Shown here: in pieces, positions 1 through 10,866 of the stretch
How the letters are laid out: every line of letters starts with the position of its first letter
Position numbering within the stretch: position 1 is the first letter of the stretch
Assembly: GCF_964355755.1 (NCBI RefSeq)
Contig: NC_092677.1
Span: forward strand, 7,772,101-7,836,100
Direction: 5' to 3'
From: Antedon mediterranea
Lineage: Eukaryota; Animalia; Echinodermata
DNA length: 64,000 nt
Notes under the pieces: model-generated
What the model saw: only the letters and a program-made list of their open reading frames with translations
Databases searched by the model: none
What the model was told of the DNA's origin: nothing
Program-made: the position numbers and the translations under genes

Positions 1-59
1 AACATAATAATGAATATAAAAAACGAACTAATCGCTCAGACAAATGCCAACGTATGGCA

Positions 60-430
60 AGCCTCAGCTGTCTGAAGTATTCAAAATATTATATTATTAT
101 ATCATTTTTTTATTATATTATATATTTTATTGTAATGAATTATACGTTTTGCATTATATTACTTGGTTTTAGCATTATATTATATCTATTTCTAATATAT
201 TATGTGAAAAATGTAACAAATTATTGACTTTTTGTATTATATTATTCGGTTTTGGCATTATATTATGAACATTTGCTATTATATTATTAATAAAATACAT
301 TATATTATAATATAATTGTATTATATTAAACGCATTTACCTTACTTTATAACATACAACATTATTATATTATACGGATTCGTTAGTTATATTATTATTTT
401 GTATGATGTTGTTTATACGTCACGGCTTAT
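60..430. repeat. AT-rich low-complexity tract of degenerate TATTATATTA motifs
   Basis: Repeated 'attatattat/tattatatta' words throughout; no ORF. Confidence 0.55.
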
Positions 431-534
431 TTAACTTCTTCTAACTCTTTCTCTCCCCCCCCCCCCCCCCCTGTTCACTAGCAATCAGCGGCAGAATCTG
501 AATTGTGTGACTGTTGAATAACTAATTATCTTTA

Positions 535-860
535 CTACGTACTAGGCATAGGCCTACTAGGGGATCTAGCATAGACGTAGCTAGTTAGACAAGTGACCAA
601 GGACCACCGGACAGCTACAACTAATACTACAATACAATAATACTACTACAATAACTACTACTGCTACTACCTAGGCCTAGCTAGTAGAGTACTAGGTAGC
701 TACTACTAGGCTCTAGGTAGGGTGTATGTATGATGTTAACTACTACCTAGGCCTAGGCCTAGGCCTACTAATACTAGGCTAGGCCTAGACTTAAGTTGTA
801 GTAGGCTAGGGCCTGACCTGCTGCCTTAGGCTAGGCTACTACTACTACTACTACTAGGCA
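535..860. repeat. Low-complexity TAGGCCTA / CTACTA tract
   Basis: Many overlapping taggccta palindromes and (cta)n runs. Confidence 0.55.
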
Positions 861-3315
861 GCCACAGCCCATGATGGGTACGAGTAAGCCAAAATATAGG
901 ATATAAGTAAACCAAAATTTGGGTACGAGCGAGTTGGCATGGGTACGGGTTGACCTGTATCCTTCTAGCTAATCGTACTAGGCCTAGGCCTCAAGTAAGT
1001 CTACGCTACCCAGTCCGGCTACAATATGGTCTATTTTGTTTTATAGCTTTATTGATAGCTGGGTTCAAATCTGGGTTGGGACGGCTTTTTCTCATTCAAA
1101 AACAGATTTATTATACGGTTACCCCTTAATTATACTATAGTATAATTTCCTTGTTATATTTTACAATATTTTCTTCATAATTCTACAATTTTGTCTTTCA
1201 CAGCACAACTTTATCTTACTGAATCATCACACACCAAGTCTCATAAATCTCTACTGTATTTGTCCAAGCTACTCCAGCTACATGGTATTGCCTTGAGGCT
1301 AAACTACACGGTATACTGGCACTACTATCATTCCTGGCTCGTCAACCTGGACCACATAAGCACAGTTTCAGTTTCAGTTCATTTACCATTTCAATTTCTG
1401 AACATAAGAGATGAACAACTTATATGGATGGATAACCGTAAGAGCAAAGCATGTGGGTTTATACGATTTAAGTATTACTTATTACCGCATATGTCTCCAC
1501 ATTCAGGGATACGCCTTCAAAGTAATGAATAAATAAAAACGAATATATTACCGAAAATTTAAAATAAATACTTACCTAATAGAAATACGACAAATACAAA
1601 AAAAACGTTTTCCACATGTTCGGCATTGATTCGTAGAGTCTTCGGTTTCATTTTGAAATTGTATAAAGGATATAAATATTTGGTAGATGGAATGCAATGA
1701 TTTTCACAAATTTTGTTTACATTACATTAAAAAAAAATATTAAAAAAAAAAATAGAAATTATTTTACAAAATATTATGGGTGCAACATATTAAGAAGATT
1801 ACTCACATAAAACGAACGAAATGTCTAACACCAACACGCCGAAAAACACAAGCTTTCTATGGTTTGATTGATATACAAAGTGTTTGGCTATTATTATTTT
1901 TTTATATTACGGTTGTAAACATTTTTACTTTCATACTGACAATATAAACACAAATTTGTTTCAATTCCAATTCTCCGTTTAACCAGATTGATTTGTAGTA
2001 GCATTATGACTGAAATAAATCTATTTATTCGGTATTTACACTTTCTGTTGTGTTGATAGAGCATTTAAAAACATCCTGTGGTCTTTCATAAGGAAGGGTT
2101 AGTGTTGCCCGAAAGCGGTGCAATTTCTAAAAATTATATTAGTATCTTCTACTTGGATTCCGCCACTGATACCCAAAATATTGTTTTTTTTTCCTGTAAT
2201 TTTTGATTCAGCATAATTGTATAAAGGATATAATTATTTAGGTAATAATGTAAAATGAAAAATGAAAGAATTATACTATTTTCGACATTAATCTTTTTGA
2301 GTATTTATACTAGAATATATAATTTTTTTGGTATTGTTTTTTCTTATACTGTTTACCTTACTGTATAATCTTTTTATATTTATTGATATAACATTTTGTC
2401 ATTAAATAAATTAATTGATTGAATTTATTTGATGCTCAACATTAAAATAACAAACAGACAAAAGACAAAATAACGAGCATCAGGAACACCCATTAGGCCG
2501 GAAAAACCAGCCCATTTCCAATGGGGTCCAAATTGCACATAACAAACAAGAGAAAATACAACATTTATAAAAGTATGAAGAAAATAATAATTACTTTTAA
2601 TAATTACTTTAATCAATATAAACATGAAGTAAAAATGCGTAGAATGTCTGTACAACTCCCTGGTCTGTGTAATTCTATCTTGAGATAAAATAGTTTTACA
2701 AATCTTTAAACATAGTGCCCTGTATGAACTTCTTATTCCGAAAGTTACATCGAATGAGAAATAGAAAGAATTCAAAGAGGTAGGCTTATTTGGAAATATT
2801 GGTTATAGAAAGTCATGTACCAATTTTAAATTACTTTTGCTGCAATACGCTCCTGATTAAATCCACTGATAAAATACGATTTGATATTTAAGTAAGGTAC
2901 ATAAGTTACAGGAATGAGTTTAAGAAACAAATTTCTCCTGGTATGTAGAGCTATTAGCGCCGATGAAATTCTACAGTTGCGTAGAAATTATTATTTGTAA
3001 GTAGGCCTAGAAAGAAGTCACTTATTTATTTATTTATTTGATAGACTCTAACGTAATTGTAAAATACTACTATTTCGATTTCTATTTCAAAATTAGTCTA
3101 AGTTCTTTTTCGTTATAGGTAAGATTGGGTGAATGATTTCACACATTGTTAGTGTTCTTACTGAATAGTTATGTATCTTTGCATTTAAAATGTTGTAATG
3201 TAGGTAGTAAGGTGATTATGGGTAGTGGAATTGAAGTAACATTATTTATTAACTTAACCACTAAGAAACATGAACCTATACACGATTCTACTATGTTTTC
3301 ATACTTCTCTTTTAG

Positions 3316-6300
3316 GCCTTCTTCTGTCTGTTCGTCCTGTTTCTGCTTCAAACACCTGCAGAAATGTCACCAAGACGCTGGACGTTTCCAATGGCAGTGA
3401 TACGTCAACTTCTTTCTTTTCTGACCTATTCATCGCTATTGTATGTCGCTGTAACAACACCATAATCTTTAACAGCGATAATGTATCTAAATCTTCGCAG
3501 TTTCAACTAAAGCAGAAAGATGACAACTTTACAATAGTAATATCTAGTGTTACAACGGAGATGGCTTATGGGATGTATGGTTGCACGGTGTTAGCGTCAG
3601 ATTGTTATTACACCATTAAGATTGATTTCAAAATCTGTAAGTAGCCTACTAAATTAAACCATTTTAGTACTGATTTATAGTGTTTTTGAGTCTTCTACCG
3701 ACATTTTAAAAGTCTGAGCCGATAGTCTCATATACTTTAGTCGTAAGTTGAACATTTACATCTTTTTTTTTGTTTATTCTTTAAGTACTAAAGTGTTTAA
3801 GGCTAGCCCCTACAAATCAATATTTGTCCAAATTTGTGAAAAATGAGATTTTGGTATATTTGAATAATTATTATTACTAGATGGTACGCTCGCTTCGCTC
3901 GCGTACCATCTAGGTCGTGCCCACAGATGGTTCTCGAATACATAATACTTCAACGTTAAAAAACTGGCGATTTCAAATGTACGTACCGCAGGACAATAAT
4001 ACATGTCGTTTACAGGAACGAATAAATAGACACTGTGATTTATGTACTGAACTAAAATTAGCACCCTGGGAATTACTTCCGAAAGAGAAACTTGTCACAA
4101 AATGAGACCAATTGTTTAAGTCAAATTTAAACAAACTTAATTTGTGTTTTGTATGTAACATTAGGGTTGAGGGATGGGAAAGAGGATGGGTGCAAAGAGG
4201 AACAATTTTTAAATATATTCTTTATCCATGTAGTAACGAAATATTAATTGTTTTCATGTTTTACAAATAATATACCACTAAACACAGTAAAACATTGCGA
4301 TGTAATACTTTGTTGAAACTATCACCGTCCTAGTCGATTGAAATAGTATAGTACATGTAACGATACATCACTACGACGTGTATAATATGTTTATATAATG
4401 TAAAACAATTTGTGAAAACCACCCCCTATTCGTGGCAAATGATAAATTCGATTTAATCGTCAATAAATATTAAATCATCTAACTCAACTTATTTAGTAGG
4501 CCTAATGGTTTTCAATTGTTTCTTAGAGCCAATTCATACTTAAGTTGGTTCCTAACCCTACCCACCAAAGTTGTTCTGCGTTTAGGGCATGTGATGCACC
4601 GTAGGCCTATCCTCTACTGGCTTTACAACGCTACTCATACCAGTGAGGGAAGGGTGATGATGTCACGTGGGTGGTTTAACTGCAATAATAAAGCTTTGTA
4701 CATAATATACGGCGACTGAAAACGCTAGCTCATTATCCGTTAAAAAAATCTATATCCAACCTCTGCAGCACAGATTAAAAAAAAAATGGATCGAATTTCT
4801 GTTATGAGTATACAGTACTTGCCTTTACGACGCCTGAAAGAATAGACACTTGTGGAACGACACAGAGATTGGAATGTTCCATTCATCGCAAATCAATACA
4901 TTTGTATAAACGTATATTAAATCTATCACAATAGTATTTTTTAAGAAAATCAGCCTGTCTTCAACATTATGATACTGTACTCGAGCTGTTCAACCGGTTT
5001 TCAGCTATTAAAAACAATTATCGTAGGAGGAGATAGGAAAATGCGAAGCCTCCTCGCATTTTTGTGGCGGGTATTTTTCAAAATGGACATCCATTAGACA
5101 GTGTATACCACGATCGGAAAACACCCCTATTTTAATCGTCAATAACTAATTATCTAACTTAATTTAATTAGTAAACAGGGTTACATCAGGTGGTTAAAAT
5201 CAGTACCGAAAGTACGAACCAACTTTATATACCATCGAGTAAAAATTCTAAAAGTAAGGCGCGATTTACCGAATGTTGCCCTTACGTAAATTTATATATA
5301 GATATAATTATACTATTACACTACGTTACCGTTAAAGACTAACGTACTGTAGGTAACCTTAACTGATGTATGTTTGTTTGAATTTTATCACATAACACTA
5401 ATTATAACATTAGTACTTTGAAAGTTATTTGAAAGTGTTGTTTGAAATGCTATTTTAAATAAAGTGAATGATTTATATTTCCAGTTGAAGTTTCAACCTC
5501 CATCCTAAGAACTGCTACTTTGAAAGTTGGACCGAATCGTGAGTTATGTTTTTCTATTTCTTTTCATTACTACAATATTATTACTACAATATTTAACTTT
5601 TCAATAGTATATTGCTGTAAAGCAAATGAGACTAGCAATACTAATTTAAGTTATACATAGTTTGGTTTTCTATTAAGATTCGGAAATTAAAATGTTTCAC
5701 TGTTTTTCGTACTTCGTATCACCTCCATTGGTAAATCCGCCACAATTTCCCAGTGTTGAGAATGTATTAGTTTAGGATTAGCTGAGGTGGTATTACTAAT
5801 TTGCTATATGACTGGTGATAACATTTTCTATACAGTATGTCAAACACCTGCACCTATTACATCCATGAGTATAACTAACGTCACACACAGCAGTCTCGTT
5901 ATTGTATGGGAGTGGTCTTCTAACAGTGACTGCGGTGAAACTACATTTTTCGTCGACTGTATTACTCCGCCACATAGCTCCTGGAATGAATCTGTTGCAA
6001 TTGAAAACAGAAACTCTTCCAAGAATCATAACCTACTAATCGAGAATCTGGTGCCTGGAACTGGATACAGTTTCGTTTTCTTCGCACGGAACCCAATTGG
6101 TAAAAGTCAACTTTCGTTTATTTTCGGGTCAACAAAAGATGATGGTCAACAACCTTGTCGCATGTCACCACCTGAGCAGCAGTTCTCTACCGGTAAATTT
6201 GATTTTCAAACATTAGAATAAACGCTTATAATACTGCGCACCTCAACATAGCAATACTTATTTAAACAACTTAAAAAAAACTGTCTAAATCCAGAAAAAA

Positions 6301-7704
6301 AGTGATAATTACTGTATAATAATTAAAGGGTACGCGAGTGATACATAATTTATAATTATGCTAACATAGGCCTATTGTTTTATTTGTCTACAGAAAATGA
6401 CATTAATTTTACAGTAATTGAAATTTCATCGATTGCAATTGCATTTTTGTTTGGCTGCATAGTTGCAGGCTGTGTAATCTACAGTACAACGGTAAGGCAT
6501 AATTGTTTCCTACAATTTAAGTAAAATGTGTAAAAAACAGTACTATCTATAATAATACAATATTGAGCGACCGTTATCGTACCCAAAATAAGCAGAGCCA
6601 AGTAAACAGATTTTCCATTGGTAAAACATCAGGAAGGAGAAATAATGATTTATAACAATACTCAATTAGGTATTTCATTTCTTTAACCAACGTTTTTATA
6701 CGTTAATTATACAATATGTTTTCTTATAGACTGTAAACAAGTGTAAGAAGAAATCGGTAAATATTGAAATTTAAAAATGTCGTACTTTTGGTTTGTACAT
6801 GTTTATGCACATCTATATTGTTTTAAACTTATTTACATGTAGATGTTCAAATAATCTTGTTTCTCTTGCACAGAATGAAATCTCGACGAATTACCAACCT
6901 CATACCCAGAATCCGACAATCACTCAGGCACCACGTTTAGTGAGAAATAGACCCAGCAATGATTACAGCAAACAATCAATATACGACACTAACATCCAGC
7001 AGCCTCGTGCTGCTCAGCCTCGTGCTGGTCAACCCCGTGCTGGTCAACCCTGGGATGGTCAGCCTCGTGCTGGTAAACCCCGTGCTGGTCAACCCCGTGA
7101 TGGTCAACCCTGTGCTGGTCAACCATGTGCTGGTCAACCCTGTGCTGGTCGCTCTCAGTTCTCTGGTAATGGCGACGTTTGTGGTGTCGTTGACTTCAGT
7201 AGCTCCACATTAGGCGAAACTTCTAGTGTTGACAGATTCCAACATCCTAGTGATGGTGGCCAGAGCTCTTGTTCAGCCCGTAAAATGCCTGGTTTTAACC
7301 GCTTCCAACGCTCTTTTTCAGCTAGTAATCCGTCTGATGTTCCATCTGGTGTTAACTGCTTCCGACGCTCTTGTTCAGCTGGTGAGGAGCCATCTGAGGT
7401 TACCGGCATTGAGCTCTCTGATACTGCTGAAATGTCTGGAGTTACCTGCTTCCAACGCTCTGGTGGTGAACCTTCTCGTGTAACCATCCATCACACTTGT
7501 ACTGGAGTTGCAAGAGGGCCGCATGTTTTCACTGATGGTGCTATTAGTGTTGCTAACTACAAATCGTCTGGTGTTGATGGACCTGATGATTGCTTTCAAC
7601 CGCTTAGTGAAGCTTCATATGTCACCAGATCAAATGCAGTTAAATACAGTCAAGTTAATCTTGCTATTACAAACCAGAATGCTGTTTATCACACGATTGA
7701 GTAA
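3316..7704 (+). CDS. Type-I transmembrane receptor: Ig-like + fibronectin type III + TM + repeat/ITIM-containing tail (5' start exon not identified)
   Basis: Phase-compatible GT-AG exons. 3316-3636: hydrophobic signal end LLLSVRPVSA, then Ig-like 'FTIVISSVTTEMAYGMYGCTV'. 5485-5538: short linker. 5836-6192: FN3 ('ITNVTHSSLVIVW...IENLVPGTGYSFVFFARNPIGKS'). 6394-6491: TM 'ISSIAIAFLFGCIVAGCVIY'. 6730-6756: basic stop-transfer 'KCKKKS'. 6874-7704: tail, ending in TAA. Confidence 0.8.
7000..7150 (+). repeat. Coding 15-bp minisatellite, 10 copies, encoding QP(R/C/W)(A/D)(G/A)-type pentapeptides
   Basis: Unit ca(a/g)cc(c/t)(c/t)gtgctggt repeated about 10 times in frame. Confidence 0.9.
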
Positions 7705-8134
7705 ACAAAAATGTATGTTGCTGTTATTTGAGGTTCATCTGTTTTAAGCCTCTTTTCCACTAGGCGGATTTTTTCGCAACTCGACTACACACTACAAGAG
7801 CGATTTTTTGCCGGGGAATCTTTGAATTCCCCTAAAGTATTTAGGTCATGTTAGAATGGCAATTTTTTTTAAGTAAATTGTTTTTTAGTCAAATTATGTC
7901 TTTGAAGACGACATAACACGTTTGTTATAATCACATTTAATTGAGGTCGTGAAAATGTTTCATAAACTAGCGTTCAAATATTGTACTGTTATTGCGTCTA
8001 GCGTAAACCGTTATTATGCTTCTTCTAACATACTAATAATCGATTTTTATATTTTGACCAAAGTGCCAATGACAATATAAAACACATTTTTAGAAAAATG
8101 GCCAAATATTGACTCTTTGAGGTAACATGCCCTG

Positions 8135-9145
8135 TACAGGTATTTTTTCGAAAAAATGCCAAAATATCCACTTTTTAAAATTCAATAAATAGATCTAGAC
8201 CATAATATTGCCATATGTGCGCATATGTTGTGTTATCATCATCTTATAGAGCCATAGTAACTAGTTATGTCAAAAAATAAAAGGGTCAAAATTTGGCGCG
8301 TTTTTTTGCCAATTTTCCTGTACTATAGTACAGGGATATTTTTTTCGGAAAATGGCCAAAATATCCACTATTGAAAATTCAATAATTAAGCCATAATATT
8401 GCAATATATGCTCATATATTGTGTTATCATCATCTTGTATAGCCATAGTAACTAGTTATGTCAAAAAATAAAAGGGTCAAAATTTTGCCATTTTGTGGAA
8501 AAATGTTCTGTACTAATAGTACAGTTTTTTTTTCGGAAAATAGCCAAAATATCTACTTTTTAAAATTCAATAAGGCATAATATTGCCATATATGCGCATA
8601 TATTGTGTGTTATCATCGTCTTATAGAGCTATAGTATCTAGTTATGTCAAAAAATAAAAGGGTTTAATTTCGGCAATTTTTTGAAAATTTCCCTGTACAG
8701 GGTTTTTTTCGGAAAATAGCCAAAATATCTACTTTTTAAAATTCAATATTTAAGCCATAATATTGCCATATATAGCCAAATATGGCAAAAATATACTAGT
8801 ACAGGGATTTTTTTCAAAAAATGGCCAATTTTCGACCTTTTTATTTTTCGATAAAACTGGTTACTTTAGCACAATTTACATGCACAGAACCCATTATTCG
8901 ACTCTGTGCACGTTTATTATGCAATAGTAACCATTTATGTCAAAAAATAAATTGGTCTAAAATCGGCCATTTTTCGAAAATTTCCCTGTACAGGGATTTT
9001 TTTTAAAATGTCAAATTTTCGACCTTTTTATTTTTCGATAAAGGGGCGACTAATAGGTTCTGCGCATGTCAATTGTGCTATAGTAACCAGTTTTATCAAA
9101 AAATAAAAAGGTCGAAAATTTGACATTTAAAAAAAAATCCCTGTA
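8135..9145. repeat. Tandem array of six ~100-190 bp modules with inverted ends (TACAGGG...CCCTGTA), MITE-like or subterminal-repeat-like
   Basis: Modules at 8135-8322, 8329-8512, 8520-8697, 8696-~8799 (truncated), 8800-8990 and 8989-9145. They are joined by 'ctgtactatagtacag', 'ctgtactaatagtacag' or 'ccctgtacaggg'. Confidence 0.8.
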
Positions 9146-9199
9146 CTATGCGCTACAAATAACCCAATATGTGCTGTAGAATTGGACAATGAATTGAAC

Positions 9200-9345
9200 A
9201 ACTGATTGACCAATCAGAGCAGCGGAAAGCGTTCCAAAAGTTGAACAATCAGAGCACTGAAAAGTGACGTAATCAGGGCATTAGAAAAATTGTTCCAAAT
9301 TTGTCATTTTGACCAATCAGAACACTGAAAAGTGACGTAATTAAT
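9200..9345 (+). promoter_or_regulatory. Putative promoter: repeated CCAAT-box and CRE-like (TGACGTAA) motifs (present in every unit)
   Basis: 'ccaatcagagcagcggaaag', 'caatcagagcactgaaaagtgacgtaat' and 'ccaatcagaacactgaaaagtgacgtaat' lie upstream of a strong donor (aag|gtaaga at 9510/9511) and a short probable 5'UTR exon (10734-10774). Confidence 0.55.
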
Positions 9346-10866
9346 ATGTGACTTCAACAAGTTTTTCACAACACAAACAATGATGAGATTTTGTCCAGAG
9401 ACTTACATGCGACAACATCTTTTTACAAATCCTCTAGACTTATTATTATTAATTTCAAGGCGAATTCTGGTAGTAGCTGTATTCAACTCGAACGTGTACT
9501 TGCATTAAAGGTAAGAGCGAAATTGATTTCATGCTTGAAATCGGCATTTAAAGTGTTGATAACTTGTTTGGTCTAGGCCTAGCCATAGTCAATAGAAACT
9601 ATGCCATGGCCTAGCAAATGTGTTTGTATGGGTGCCGACGCTAATTCTTGTTGGCGGTAGTCTGCTCTGTGTGTGGTAAAATGCATTTGCTATTATTACT
9701 TATCCCCCTAATTACCAGTAGGCCTACATATATTTCATAAAGTATTAACAATAACGCATGCCTTTATAGGTTAGTTAGGGTTAGATAGTGTCACTCGACA
9801 CTTACTTTAATTAATGTATTTACTAGGCCTATATAGCCTAGGCCTAGCTAGTAGGCTAGATAGAAAGACCTCTAGGTAGGCCTAGATCTTTTTTGGTTGC
9901 CATGAATTGTAAGTCAAACCATGGGCCTGTAAGTGCTAGGCCCTAGTAAGATGCTACCTACTTAAAGCTCCCTGTTATTTTTTTTCTTCAAAACTTACTA
10001 CAGTAGTTTAGACTAGGCCTAGGCTAGTATTTATCGTAGAACCATCCCATAGTAAATAAATTTAGTTTAAAGTAATTAAGCTATTCTTTAAAGTTTAATT
10101 TATTTAATATTTTAACAATCCTACTACTAGTTAGACTAGCCTATGTACCCTGTAATAGATTTTAGGCCTAAACATAATTTTAAACTATAAACAACTAAAT
10201 GTGTGCTGTATCAGAATAGCATCCATGGGAAACAGACTAAAGCCTTGTTCACATGTCAACCCTTTTAATTGATAGATAAACAATTTAACTTTTATTATAA
10301 TGATTGTTTAATTAAGTGTAGGCTTCAACTCTTTGATCTAAAGCATTCGTTTAATTAGGCAATCAACTGTATTTGTGGATTTAGATAAGATTCTCAAATA
10401 ATTTGATTGCATTAAAGGAAGTGCTCAGGGATCAAAGAGTTGATACATACACTGTTTAATAAACAAAGATTATTCAGTTTACTCTAATTTATGTTGTAAT
10501 TCTTTATATAGTTTTCTTAATTGAAAAAAAAACATAATTATTCATATGTAATATTTTCTTAATTTAATTTAGATAAAATAGTTTGTTCTTAGTAGATATG
10601 TTTTAATGCTATATGTAATTCATTTTATTAATATTTTACATTTAAAGTCTTGGTCTACTATTAATTATTACTTGAGAAATTTTAACCCACAGATATTTTA
10701 TTTTATTTAGATTTGATTTTCTTTTATTTACAGCCATTTACTACAACTGCACGGTGCACAGTGGCATTATACGGGTAAAATTTTCTTTTTTACATACTTT
10801 ACTTACATATATTTTTGCCTTTGATCAGTTTTTTTAGTTTTGCAGGTGTTCAATAGACAGTACAGT

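Noticed and set aside
1191-2775. ORFs 1191-1532 and 2425-2775
   Set aside because: Non-ATG starts, AT-biased composition, no recognisable domain.
7790-7800. CACTACAAGA resembling a CACTA/EnSpm terminus
   Set aside because: I found no matching TCTTGTAGTG on the right side, and the protein lacks recognisable TnpD motifs.
8135-9145. CRISPR-like array
   Set aside because: Module interiors are homologous to each other rather than unique spacers; eukaryotic context; no cas genes.
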